Shown here one piece after another: positions 48,062-57,253 of a stretch of 64,000 nt of DNA (its first letter is position 1; each line of letters begins with the position of its first letter). The notes beneath the pieces were generated by a model that saw nothing but the letters and a program-made list of their open reading frames with translations, did no database searches and had not been told where the DNA came from. Location: assembly GCA_965203175.1 (NCBI GenBank), contig OZ241867.1:5120001-5184000 (forward strand), read 5' to 3'. The translations under genes were made by a program, and so were the position numbers. This stretch comes from Candidatus Latescibacterota bacterium (GTDB taxonomy: Bacteria > Latescibacterota > UBA2968 > UBA8231).

Positions 48062-49261
48062 TCAATTTTGATAAGGCTCGGTGCGGCCTCCGGTCAAGGC
48101 GCGGTCAAAGCTCGGACGCATCAGTTCGGTTAAAACGGGCGGTAGCTCACCCCGCTGTGCTTTGAGTGCCCACAGCGGCGGCACGGCGTGAGGCGGCTGC
48201 ACCAACCCGGTGCGGTCGTCGGCTTTTTTATACGCATATAGGGTACACCAGCGGGTCTCTTTGTCCACTCCCTTCGGAGCCACGCCGTGTGCTCCGTGCG
48301 ACAGACAGCAGACGACCGAGCCGGGAGGCAGTTCGAGATGTTCGATGGCCAGCGGCTTCCCCGTGATGGGATGGACGCGTCCCTTGAGCCAACCAGCTTC
48401 GATCTCCTCGTCGGTGGCCGCTCGGCAGTTGTCCGGGTCGCGGAACAGGTGGCTGCCGCGAATGAGCTTGAGGCCGCCATCGTCAGCGGCGCTAAATCCC
48501 TGGGGATAGCACAGGGTGAGGTTGGTATTGGGTTGGGCTTGGTACTCGGCCACATTGCGGATGGAGCCGCGATCGTAGCCTGCACCGATCTTGTGGCTGT
48601 GCCAGCCGCCGCCAGCGTAACCCGGCGGCCGGATGAGGAGCTGGTTGTGATCGAAATACACGGCCTCCGTGCCCAAGCACAGCCTCTGTAGGTGCAACAT
48701 CTGCGGATGGGTCAGCACATCCATGAGGAAAGGAACGTGGCCAGCGGGAAAGTACTCGGTGAAAACGCTGTGCCGACGCAGGGTCAGCACGCCGGCCTCG
48801 TCGGTTCTTTGCGGGGCTTTCTGGCTGCCGCCCAAGGCACCGTCAATGGCCTCGGTGCTCAGTTGGCACTCGGGTGGGCGGCGGCCCAAGCGGGGCCAAT
48901 CTATTTGGCTCCAGTCCGCCTGCAAAAGAGCGTCGTTGCGCTGTTGGCCGTGCTGCAGCGCCTCAGTCCAAGTCTCAATGACGGACGGGGGCACGATGCC
49001 CCGCAGTACGGCGTACCCATCGCGCAGATAGGTATCGCGGTCGAATTGAGTCTCCAACTTGTCCCAATCAAAAATATCGCAACGCTCGGCCTCCAAGCGA
49101 TCCCAGTCTTCTGGCGTCCATTGTAGGGGCGTCGGCTCGTCGCCGAGGAAATCCGGCCGACTCGCCCGAGCCAAATCGCCGATCGGACTGTGCAGGAATC
49201 GCTCCCACAGTGGATCGGCCAGTTGGTCTTCAAGCAAGGGATTGGGAGGCATTGACATCAC
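48062..49261 (-). CDS. PhyH-family Fe(II)/2OG-like enzyme (HxH motif) with N-terminal extension
   Basis: RDGYAVL, WHSHK, DGGLKLIRGSH, SHGAHG and TRWC; paralog of 13791-14540. Confidence 0.85.
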   Translation of the reverse strand: MMSMPPNPLLEDQLADPLWERFLHSPIGDLARASRPDFLGDEPTPLQWTPEDWDRLEAERCDIFDWDKLETQFDRDTYLRDGYAVLRGIVPPSVIETWTEALQHGQQRNDALLQADWSQIDWPRLGRRPPECQLSTEAIDGALGGSQKAPQRTDEAGVLTLRRHSVFTEYFPAGHVPFLMDVLTHPQMLHLQRLCLGTEAVYFDHNQLLIRPPGYAGGGWHSHKIGAGYDRGSIRNVAEYQAQPNTNLTLCYPQGFSAADDGGLKLIRGSHLFRDPDNCRAATDEEIEAGWLKGRVHPITGKPLAIEHLELPPGSVVCCLSHGAHGVAPKGVDKETRWCTLYAYKKADDRTGLVQPPHAVPPLWALKAQRGELPPVLTELMRPSFDRALTGGRTEPYQN

Positions 49262-50049
49262 GAACTCGTCCCCTCGTCAACGCCCTCAAAAAGCGAAGGG
49301 AAAAATCGGTGCGGATCGGCTGGCTCGCCAAAGAGGATCTGCTGCCGCTGGGTCAGGTTGGCCGGCGGTTGCACGCGCCCGTTGGTCCAGGCCATTTGCG
49401 AGACGCAGTATTTGTAGAGCAAGGCGCGCCGCTGGTGGTGCCCATGCCAAGCGGCCGTCCCGTGCGTCAGAGCCTCGGTGAACAAGGTGACGGAGCCAGC
49501 CGGGGCCGAAGGGATGATCACGCAGGGGGCCTGTTCAGGCGCGTCGGCAATCGGTTGCGGCAGTTTGAAATTGCTCTTGTGGCTGCCGGGAATGCAGCAA
49601 AAGCCACCGTAGTCCGGCCCAGCGTCGGTCAAGTTCCAAGTCGCCACGACAAAGCCGTTGAGGATCTGGTTGTCGCGCAGGGGATAGTACTGGCCTGGCT
49701 GCGCCCCAGAGGTGGGCGCCGTTGGGCCGTAGTCGCAGTGCAAGATGCCTCTGGCCATGCCGTGGAGCAGACACAAGCCGTAGATCCGATCGAGGCGGAA
49801 GCAATCGCCCAAGCGGAAGCGCAGTATGGGCATAATCTGGGGGTGGTCGAGCAGGTCGATGAAGGGCTGGCCCCAGTCCAAAAAACCCGAGCCGTCGGGA
49901 GCAGAACCAAAGCGGTTGCCCTTTTCAGGCGGTAGGTGCGCGTCGAGCAAGTGGTTGAGGGCGGCCACTTCCTCGGCGTCGAGGACGTTTTCGAGCACCA
50001 AATAGCCCTGCACGTCGAATAGGTACTGCAGTATTTCGGGGTCGTTCAT
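49258..50049 (-). CDS. PhyH-family Fe(II)/2OG dioxygenase (HxD), paralog of 14561-15316
   Basis: YLFDVQGYL, LHCD, GGFCCIPGSH and FTEALTHGT. Confidence 0.88.
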   Translation of the reverse strand: MNDPEILQYLFDVQGYLVLENVLDAEEVAALNHLLDAHLPPEKGNRFGSAPDGSGFLDWGQPFIDLLDHPQIMPILRFRLGDCFRLDRIYGLCLLHGMARGILHCDYGPTAPTSGAQPGQYYPLRDNQILNGFVVATWNLTDAGPDYGGFCCIPGSHKSNFKLPQPIADAPEQAPCVIIPSAPAGSVTLFTEALTHGTAAWHGHHQRRALLYKYCVSQMAWTNGRVQPPANLTQRQQILFGEPADPHRFFPSLFEGVDEGTSS

Positions 50050-50124
50050 GGCTGTAATGAGGCGGAGGCGGTGAAATTCCGGAAATTGTACCAACGGCCT
50101 CCAATATAGCCAGACCTATCACAT

Positions 50125-50160
50125 GCCTCAATGAGGCCGGGATGTCCCTTCCCGAAAATT
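50125..50160 (-). repeat. Solitary CRISPR-repeat-like element (type I-G-like); not an array
   Basis: Minus strand AATTTTCGGGAAGGGACATCCCGGCCTCATTGAGGC: 36 nt, CGGGA/TCCCG stem, 3' end GGCCTCATTGAGGC; I saw only one copy. Confidence 0.5.
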
Positions 50161-50199
50161 GGCGACAGACCTCACACGGCTCGTCAAAACCTGCTGCGC

Positions 50200-50259
50200 T
50201 TACGGGATAACTTCAAAGCCCATCTGTCGAAAATGGTGGTCCAACGTCAATGCCCGGCG
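50200..50259 (-). pseudogene. C-terminal stump of a PIN-domain (VapC-like) toxin gene
   Basis: Reads RRALTLDHHFRQMGFEVIP*, matching the VapC C-terminal A(L/F)TxDxHFxQxGF pattern; begins right after the VOC stop. Confidence 0.7.
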
Positions 50260-50261
50260 AC

Positions 50262-50777
50262 TTAGCCATCTTCTTTCGTCTCATCGCCCTCTTCCTCACT
50301 CTCACCGCCGTCTCCCTCGCTAGGCGGCCCCCCAATCCGCAGAACATGCCCATCTAAATCCTCAACTAGCATTTCCCGCGCTCCCCAGGGCCGGTCGACG
50401 GGCTCTTGCGTTACGACCGCCCCCGCTGCCGCGTATTCCTGGTGCAGCTTGTCAACATCGCCGACGTTGTAGTAGATCCACACCGGCCGGGCACCCTGCG
50501 AATTCTCGGCGAGAAAGACGTGTACCTCGCCATTGGATATGGAGGCAAAGGTCTTGTCGTCCTCTTCGGCGGGCCAGTCCCAGTCCTTGTTAAAACCGAG
50601 AACCGAAGTGTAGTGCTCAATGCTTGCCTCGACGCTTGCGACGTTCAGGATCGGCGTCATCGCGGTAAACGCCGTGGGTCCGTGACCATTGTCGTGCTCC
50701 TCATGGGCACCGGCGATTGAGCTAACGCCGACGGCGATTCCTGCAACTACTACTGCGGCGATTATGTGACCTCTCAC
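50262..50777 (-). CDS. VOC/glyoxalase-bleomycin resistance family protein with signal peptide
   Basis: TPILNV, YTSVLGF and PVDRPWGAREMLVEDLDGHVLRIG; GGGAGG RBS before GTG. Confidence 0.85.
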   Translation of the reverse strand: MRGHIIAAVVVAGIAVGVSSIAGAHEEHDNGHGPTAFTAMTPILNVASVEASIEHYTSVLGFNKDWDWPAEEDDKTFASISNGEVHVFLAENSQGARPVWIYYNVGDVDKLHQEYAAAGAVVTQEPVDRPWGAREMLVEDLDGHVLRIGGPPSEGDGGESEEEGDETKEDG

Positions 50778-50911
50778 GATTTTCCTCCCGTGGATGAGTT
50801 CAATTCGGTAGAATTCGATTGTACCGCCTGCACCGAACCCGGTCAATGTTGACAGCCACCCCCCAGCGCGAAGATATTGGAGGCTGTTTATCCCAGCTCA
50901 GGAGACGCGCA

Positions 50912-52249
50912 GTGCCCAACGAAAAACCGAATGTCGTCCTCGTCTTCGCCGACCAATGGCGCGACCAAGCCTTCGGGTACGCCGGCGATCCCAATGTGCA
51001 AACCCCCAATTTGGACGCTCTGGCGCGCCGCAGCATCAACTGCACCCACGCGGTGTCTGGCTGCTCGGTGTGCTCGCCGGCGCGAGCCTCGCTCCTGACT
51101 GGTCAATACCCCCTCACGCACGGCGTCTTCGTCAACGACGTAGAGCTGGGCCAAGACGCCACGAGCCTCGCACAGGCTTTTAGCGCGGGCGGCTACGACA
51201 CGGCTTACATCGGCAAATGGCACGTCAATGGCCGCGGCCGCTCCAGCTATATTCCGCCCGAGCGGCGGCAGGGCTTCGAGTACTGGAAAGTGCTCGAATG
51301 CACCCACAACTACAACCATTCCGCGTACTATGCCGGCGACTCGGACGAACAGCTCGTATGGGAGGGCTACGACGCCTTGGCCCAGACCCGCGACGCTCAA
51401 GCGTACCTGCGCGGTCGCGGAGACAAACCCTTCTTACTGGTCCTATCGTGGGGACCGCCGCACGCCCCCTATCACACAGCCCCGGAAGAGTACCAAGCCC
51501 TGTACGATCCAGCCGCTATCGCCCTGCGGCCCAACGTGCCACCCGACTGGGCCAAATCCGCGCGGCAGTGGCTCGCCGGGTACTACGCCCATTGCACAGC
51601 CTTGGACGACTGCGTCGGCATGTTGCTCCAGACCTTGCAGGAGGAAGGGCTGGAGCAAGAGACGATCTTTCTGTTCTTCTCAGACCACGGCGACATGCTC
51701 GGCTCGCAGGGCATGGACAAAAAGCAAAAGCCCTATGAAGAATCCATCCGCGTGCCGTTCCTGCTGCGCTATCCGGGCATGGACGCGGCCGAGCTCGACG
51801 CGCTGATCGACCTGCCCGACATCATGCCGACCCTGCTGGGCCTGTGCGGCCTACCGATTCCTGTCACCGTAGAGGGAATCGACTTTTCCGCGTACCTACG
51901 AGGCGGCCCAGATCCCTCGGACGGCACCGCGCTCTTGCAGTGTCCCCATCCCTTTGGGCAGTGGTGGACCGGCGTTGGCGGCCGATCCTACCGGGGCCTG
52001 CGCTCCCGCCGCCACACGTACGTGCGCGCCCTAGAGGGGCCGTGGCTGCTCTACGACAACGAGGCCGATCCTTTCCAACAGGACAACCTCGTCGGCCAAC
52101 CCAGCCAGCAGGAGTTGCTCGACGAATTAGACGCGGCCCTCACGCACCGCCTCGCTGAGGCCAACGATTCCTTCCTCCCCGGCCCAGCCTATCTCGAGCG
52201 CTGGGGATACCAAGTAGATGCGCGAGGAACCGTGCCTTATACTGATTGA
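50912..52249 (+). CDS. Sulfatase (formylglycine-dependent, Cys-type)
   Basis: PNVVLVFADQ, CSPAR, GKWH and SDHGD. Confidence 0.93.
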   Translation: MPNEKPNVVLVFADQWRDQAFGYAGDPNVQTPNLDALARRSINCTHAVSGCSVCSPARASLLTGQYPLTHGVFVNDVELGQDATSLAQAFSAGGYDTAYIGKWHVNGRGRSSYIPPERRQGFEYWKVLECTHNYNHSAYYAGDSDEQLVWEGYDALAQTRDAQAYLRGRGDKPFLLVLSWGPPHAPYHTAPEEYQALYDPAAIALRPNVPPDWAKSARQWLAGYYAHCTALDDCVGMLLQTLQEEGLEQETIFLFFSDHGDMLGSQGMDKKQKPYEESIRVPFLLRYPGMDAAELDALIDLPDIMPTLLGLCGLPIPVTVEGIDFSAYLRGGPDPSDGTALLQCPHPFGQWWTGVGGRSYRGLRSRRHTYVRALEGPWLLYDNEADPFQQDNLVGQPSQQELLDELDAALTHRLAEANDSFLPGPAYLERWGYQVDARGTVPYTD

Positions 52250-52251
52250 AC

Positions 52252-53274
52252 ATGTCCCCATCCTTTCTCTACTCATCCTTCGCGGCCTCAGCTCTCTTCT
52301 CAGCGGCCTGCTCGTCATCGCCCAGCGACTCGCCCTCGTCAGCTTGTGGTGACGGGCAGGTGCTCCGAGTCGGGTTCTACGCCTTTTTCGCGCCGGTCAG
52401 CTACAGCGCAGACCCAGAGCCGGGCACGGCCGGATTCGACGAGCACCTCGGATACGAAGCGGATTTGTTGAGTGCCCTAGAGGCCATGGAGGGAGCGGGA
52501 CTGTCCTTTGCACGCCGCGGCATCGCCGTGTGGGACGATATATGGCTTCAATCGGCTGGGCCGGAGTACGACTTGGTCGGTGGCGGCATTACCATCCTCG
52601 ACTCCCGTACCCGCAATGCGGCAGGCGAACACGTTGTAAACTTTACGTCTGGGCACATTACCTTTCGGCAATCACTGCTGGTGCGGGCCGAAGACACCGA
52701 GCGCTTCGCCAGCCACAGCGACCTGACTAGCGAAGATCGGGTGGGCGTGCTAAGAGGCACCACGGGCGAGTTCCGCCTGCTGGAGCTAACGGGCTTCGTC
52801 AATGCCAACGGTGCACTCGCCTCCGGTACGCGCATCGAGACGGGCGCGGGCGAGGCTGTAGCCGACGGCACAGCCGCTTACACCATCACCCCGGCCGGCG
52901 CATCGTCCAATCTCGCTGGACGGCTGCGACTAGAGCCGCCCAACTCCGACATGCCGCAAGTGGTTTACCTCGGGCAAGAGACCGGCGAGGTGGAACTGCT
53001 AGAGGCCCTAGAAAACGGCACCATTGACGCCGTGGCTCGCGGAGAAATTGGCAACCGCGACGCGAGCTACGCTTCCAACAGCGCGTTTGTGGTCGTAGCG
53101 CTCGACGAGGCTACCGAGCAGGGCGGGTTCTCGCTTTCCGCAGAGGACGCCGACCTAGCGGCCTGCATAGACGAAAAAATCAACTATCTGACCGATGGCC
53201 AACGCATTGGCTATGGAGGTTGGCGCGCCGATCCAGCGGTTTTCGCGGAGCGCGCCCAACAGTGGAACCCCTAA
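52252..53274 (+). CDS. Periplasmic solute-binding lipoprotein (family 3, amino-acid type); no adjacent permease
   Basis: Lipobox-like SAAC; LRVG...FAPVSY, GYEADL, GGITI...R and VGVLRGTTGE. Confidence 0.75.
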   Translation: MSPSFLYSSFAASALFSAACSSSPSDSPSSACGDGQVLRVGFYAFFAPVSYSADPEPGTAGFDEHLGYEADLLSALEAMEGAGLSFARRGIAVWDDIWLQSAGPEYDLVGGGITILDSRTRNAAGEHVVNFTSGHITFRQSLLVRAEDTERFASHSDLTSEDRVGVLRGTTGEFRLLELTGFVNANGALASGTRIETGAGEAVADGTAAYTITPAGASSNLAGRLRLEPPNSDMPQVVYLGQETGEVELLEALENGTIDAVARGEIGNRDASYASNSAFVVVALDEATEQGGFSLSAEDADLAACIDEKINYLTDGQRIGYGGWRADPAVFAERAQQWNP

Positions 53275-53289
53275 ACAAAGGAGTACGAC

Positions 53290-54276
53290 ATGTATAAATC
53301 TGGAGTCATTGGCTGCCGCGGCATTGGCGTGGCCCACGCCACTGGGATTGTCGGGTCGGACCGCGCCAGCCTCGTGGCGGCTTGTGACCTCGACGAAGAA
53401 ACCCTTCGCGAGTTCGAGCAACGCTGGCCGGACGCGAACCTCACCCTGTACCGCGATCACCGCGAGATGCTCGACCGCGAATCGCTGGACATCGTCACCG
53501 TCGCCACCTCGGATCACCGCCACGCCGACCTAGTCGTCGATGCGGCCAACGCCGGGGCCAAGGGAATCTTCTGTGAAAAGCCGCTGGCCACCAGCCTCGC
53601 GGACGCCGACCGCATGATCGCTGCCTGCGACGCCAACAACACCACCCTGTCGGTCGATCACACCCGGCGCTTCATCCCCCTGTGGCGCTACGCCAAAGAA
53701 GAGATCGTCGATCAAGGCGTCATCGGCCCAGTGCAATACGTCATCGGCACACTCTCTGGCCCGCGCGCCATGCTCTTCCGCAACGGCACCCACACCCTCG
53801 ACGCTATCTGCTACTACGCAGGCGAGCAGCCTCAGTGGGTGGTAGCCGAACTGGAGGAAGGATACGAGGACTACGCCGAGTACCGCGGCGACGGCGGCCA
53901 CGTACCAGCCACCGAACCAGGAGCCAACGGATACATCCACTTTTCTGGGGGTGTGCGGGGCTTCTACATCGGCGGCTCTAAAACCACGCCAGCGCCCAAG
54001 CAACAACTCGAAGTGGTCGGCACTACCGGACGACTAATTATGGTCAGCGACGGCGGCACCTTGTATCGCGGCGAAGAGCCAGAACCCCTCGCGCCGCCGA
54101 CTTGGCCGGTCGAGGGCATTCCCGCCGGTATTCACGAGCTGATCGCAGCCATGGACCAAGGCGTCGAGTCAGTGTCGCCGGGGCGGGCGGGGCACACCGT
54201 AGTAGAACTGATCATCGGGTTTTTAGAATCGCAAAAGCAGGGCAACGTGCCGGTGCCCATTCCGGTGCCGAGGTAA
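53290..54276 (+). CDS. Gfo/Idh/MocA family oxidoreductase (paralog of 30131-31159)
   Basis: GVIGC.GIG, FCEKP, SVDHTR and RAMLFRNGTH. Confidence 0.92.
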   Translation: MYKSGVIGCRGIGVAHATGIVGSDRASLVAACDLDEETLREFEQRWPDANLTLYRDHREMLDRESLDIVTVATSDHRHADLVVDAANAGAKGIFCEKPLATSLADADRMIAACDANNTTLSVDHTRRFIPLWRYAKEEIVDQGVIGPVQYVIGTLSGPRAMLFRNGTHTLDAICYYAGEQPQWVVAELEEGYEDYAEYRGDGGHVPATEPGANGYIHFSGGVRGFYIGGSKTTPAPKQQLEVVGTTGRLIMVSDGGTLYRGEEPEPLAPPTWPVEGIPAGIHELIAAMDQGVESVSPGRAGHTVVELIIGFLESQKQGNVPVPIPVPR

Positions 54277-54296
54277 CAACCGACCCGGTTAGATCC

Positions 54297-54330
54297 GTAG
54301 GGGCGTCCCTCGTGGACGCCCTTTTTATTT
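54297..54330 (+). repeat. GTAG-type REP-like palindrome that probably also acts as a terminator
   Basis: GTAG-GGGCGTCC-ctcgt-GGACGCCC followed by TTTTTATTT between convergent genes. Confidence 0.65.
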
Positions 54331-54332
54331 CT

Positions 54333-54698
54333 CTAGCCCAACTCCACGAGCACCCGGCTATCCTCCACGCGCACTGAATAAGTCCGCACCCGTATCTTCT
54401 CGGGCTCGCAGAGCGAGCGTCCCGTGCGCACGTCGTATTCCCAGCCGTGCCACGGGCAACTCAGGATCTCGCCCGCGCGTCCCAAGACAACCTCGTCCCC
54501 CGGATGCCGCGCCAACGCCGTACCCCCAACCCGACCATCCGACAGCCGTGCCCCTTGATGCGGGCAAATATCGCGCAGCGCGTACCAGGCATCCCCCTGC
54601 CGCACGATAGCTAAGCCCCGCCCCTCGACCTCGACCCGGCGGACCTCGCCGTCGGCAAAGGCGTCGACCGGCCCTACGTCAACGCGCCGCAAAGCCAT
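54333..54698 (-). CDS. Rieske [2Fe-2S] ferredoxin
   Basis: CPHQG and CPWHGW motifs. Confidence 0.92.
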   Translation of the reverse strand: MALRRVDVGPVDAFADGEVRRVEVEGRGLAIVRQGDAWYALRDICPHQGARLSDGRVGGTALARHPGDEVVLGRAGEILSCPWHGWEYDVRTGRSLCEPEKIRVRTYSVRVEDSRVLVELG

Positions 54699-55773
54699 AA
54701 AATGCCTCGGCATTATCGACCATGATGCCCCGGCGCATCGCGCCGTCAATCGCCGGCGGCAGAGCGCGGGTTGGCGAGTCAAAGTCCCAATGCGGATAAT
54801 CCGTGGCGAACATCAAGAAATCCTCGCAGCCGATCATGTCGATGATCTGCAACAAGTGCTGGGGGTCGTCTGGCTCTTCCATGGGCTGGGTCGTGGAGCG
54901 GCAGTGCTCGCGGATGTATTCGCTGGGCCGCTTCTCCAGCCACGGCACCTCGCTGCGCAGGCCCCGGTAGTTTTTGTCCAGCCGCCACATCAGCCCAGGC
55001 AACCACGCAAATCCCCCCTCGACAAGCGCGACGCGCAGCTCCGGGAACTCGCAGAACACCCCTTCGCAAACAAGGCTAATGACCTGCGCCTCAAAGGCTT
55101 GCGACATGGCCGTGTGATCTTCGATGTAATAGGAAGGCCAGCCGCAGGCCGTGATGGGCTGGCCGCTGCCGCCGAAGTGGATTCCCACCGGCAGACCGAC
55201 CTCGCAGGCCGCAGCAAAAATCGGCCGGAACTGCCGCTTGCCATACGGCACGCTCGACCGCACCAACAGCAGCGCCTGCACAAAGCGCGAATCCGCTGCC
55301 GCCCGCTTGATTTCCTCGGCCGCCGCCGCCGGGTCGTTGGCATTGACCACAATCGATCCGCGCCAGCGCGGATCGTGGTCGAGCCAAGCGTGCGCGGTCC
55401 ACTCGTTGACTGCCCGCATCAGCGCATTGGCAAAGTCGAGGTTGTGCACAGACGTCATGCCGTAGAGCGGATTGAGCACGGCTATGTCAATGTCCCAGGC
55501 GTCGAGCAACTGGGTGCGGGCAAAATCCGGATCGCCGCCCGGCCTTAAGCCCGAAGGCGGCCAAGCATCGCGCCGCGCAGCTTGCGCAAAACCCTTGGGA
55601 TAGGTCGGCCCGGACGGGCCGCTAAACCCGGATTGCCGCACGTACGCCTGCCAGCGCGCCGACAAATAGGGCATGAGATCGTCGATGGAGTTCGGGTAGT
55701 TGTGGACGTCGCAGTCGATCAGCGAAACTTCAGTCGAGGACGCGACTTGGACGGCGTATTCAGTTTGGGACAT
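54679..55773 (-). CDS. Amidohydrolase-fold protein (possible dinuclear oxygenase)
   Basis: IDCDVH, GIH, VEGG and ATDYPHWD; overlaps the Rieske gene. Confidence 0.85.
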   Translation of the reverse strand: MSQTEYAVQVASSTEVSLIDCDVHNYPNSIDDLMPYLSARWQAYVRQSGFSGPSGPTYPKGFAQAARRDAWPPSGLRPGGDPDFARTQLLDAWDIDIAVLNPLYGMTSVHNLDFANALMRAVNEWTAHAWLDHDPRWRGSIVVNANDPAAAAEEIKRAAADSRFVQALLLVRSSVPYGKRQFRPIFAAACEVGLPVGIHFGGSGQPITACGWPSYYIEDHTAMSQAFEAQVISLVCEGVFCEFPELRVALVEGGFAWLPGLMWRLDKNYRGLRSEVPWLEKRPSEYIREHCRSTTQPMEEPDDPQHLLQIIDMIGCEDFLMFATDYPHWDFDSPTRALPPAIDGAMRRGIMVDNAEAFYGFAAR

Positions 55774-55795
55774 GGTAGTAATTGGTGGTGAAGGG

Positions 55796-55823
55796 TTTCT
55801 AGTTTCTAGTTTCTAGTTTCTAG
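55796..55823. repeat. Heptanucleotide tandem repeat (TTTCTAG)x4 in a divergent intergenic region
   Basis: Four perfect units read directly from the sequence. Confidence 0.92.
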
Positions 55824-55878
55824 AAGAATGGGTGCGAACATGGGCTACGTCAACTCCTCGTGCGCGGGACGAGCAGAT

Positions 55879-55906
55879 TTGTTCGCCAACCTCGTTTAGT
55901 TATAAT
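55879..55906 (+). promoter_or_regulatory. Putative sigma70 promoter for the aminotransferase; likely leaderless
   Basis: TTGTTC-N16-TATAAT, with ATG 8 nt downstream and no SD sequence. Confidence 0.55.
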
Positions 55907-55914
55907 ATCCCCCT

Positions 55915-57240
55915 ATGCCTACATCACTTGACGACCTCGAAGCGCGCTATCGCTGCGCCACTCCGCGCTCCCGCGCCCTTTTTGAGCAGGGCCGTTCCTA
56001 TACGGCCGGTGCGGCCAAAGGCGCGTATTACTATCCGCCCTATCCACTCACCATGGCCCGCGGCCAAGGCTGTTACCTATGGGATGTCGATGGCCGGCGC
56101 TACGTCGATTGCGCCAACCACCACACGGCCCAAGTGCTCGGACACGGAAACGAGCGCGTAGAAGCGGCCGTGCGCGAGCAAATGCAAAAGGGCATTGCCT
56201 TGGGCGCACCCATTGGCATTGAGAGCGAGATCGCCCGCGCAATGTGCGACCGGGTGGATGCGCTGGAGCGGATTCGCTTTGTCAACTCTGGGACCGAGGC
56301 CACGCTGCACGCGATTCGCTTGGCGCGGGGCTACACCAAGCGCGGCAAAATCGCCAAGTTCGAGGGCGGCTACCACGGCAGCCACGACGCCGTGGAAGTC
56401 AGCGTAGCTCCGCCCCTCGATCAAGCTGGCCCCTCAGACGCGCCCATCGCAGTGCCAACAGCCGGCGGCATGTCCCCGTCAGCCGCGTCCGAAGCCGTCA
56501 TCCTCCCCTACAGCGACCCCGAAGCCGTCGAACGGCTCGTCGCTGAGCACGCCAGCGAACTCGCCTGCGTCCTCTTCGATCCCAAGGCTGGCGTTCTGGA
56601 CATCCAGCCGGATTTTGCCCGCGCCGTGCGCGACATCACCCGCCGCCACGGAATCATGCTCATCCTCGACGAAATCGTTGGGTTCCGCACAGCCACGGGC
56701 GGCTTACAGGGCCTGTACGGCATCGACCCGGACCTGAGTTGCTTTGGCAAAATCGTCGGCGGTGGCTTTCCAGTCGGAGCCTTTGGCGGCCGGGCCGACC
56801 TGATGGACCTGTTCGACAACTCGCAGCAATCCACCGGCCTTTTCCAAAGCGGCACCTTCAGCGCGCATCCCGTGGCTATGGCCGCCGGCTTGGCGACCCT
56901 GAGCGAGCTGACGCCGCAAACCATCGACCATTTGAACGCACTCGGAGCGCGCTTAAAAGACCAACTCAACGCGCTCTTTACCGATCGTGCAATCGCCGCC
57001 CAAGTGGTCTGCACGGGGTCGGTCTTCAGCATCTACTTCGCCCGCGGCCCCATCGCCAACTACCGCGACCTCGCCGCCACCGACAAAACCCTCATTCAAC
57101 CGCTCTTTCTCTCGCTCATCGAACAGGGGTACTTCCTCGGCCCAGGGCTGGGCATGTGCGCGCTTTCTGCGCCCATGGAAGCCGGGCACATCGACGGCTT
57201 AGTCGCCGCGGTAGGGAACGCGCTGACAGAGATAACCTAA
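55915..57240 (+). CDS. Class III PLP aminotransferase (glutamate-1-semialdehyde aminomutase-like)
   Basis: WDVDG, NSGTEA, GGYHG, DEIVGFR, FGKIVGGGFP and SGTF. Confidence 0.9.
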   Translation: MPTSLDDLEARYRCATPRSRALFEQGRSYTAGAAKGAYYYPPYPLTMARGQGCYLWDVDGRRYVDCANHHTAQVLGHGNERVEAAVREQMQKGIALGAPIGIESEIARAMCDRVDALERIRFVNSGTEATLHAIRLARGYTKRGKIAKFEGGYHGSHDAVEVSVAPPLDQAGPSDAPIAVPTAGGMSPSAASEAVILPYSDPEAVERLVAEHASELACVLFDPKAGVLDIQPDFARAVRDITRRHGIMLILDEIVGFRTATGGLQGLYGIDPDLSCFGKIVGGGFPVGAFGGRADLMDLFDNSQQSTGLFQSGTFSAHPVAMAAGLATLSELTPQTIDHLNALGARLKDQLNALFTDRAIAAQVVCTGSVFSIYFARGPIANYRDLAATDKTLIQPLFLSLIEQGYFLGPGLGMCALSAPMEAGHIDGLVAAVGNALTEIT

Positions 57241-57253
57241 CAGGGAACAAACC

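Noticed and set aside
55915-57240. Assigning hemL
   Set aside because: No tetrapyrrole genes nearby and the N-terminal region is divergent; more likely a catabolic paralog
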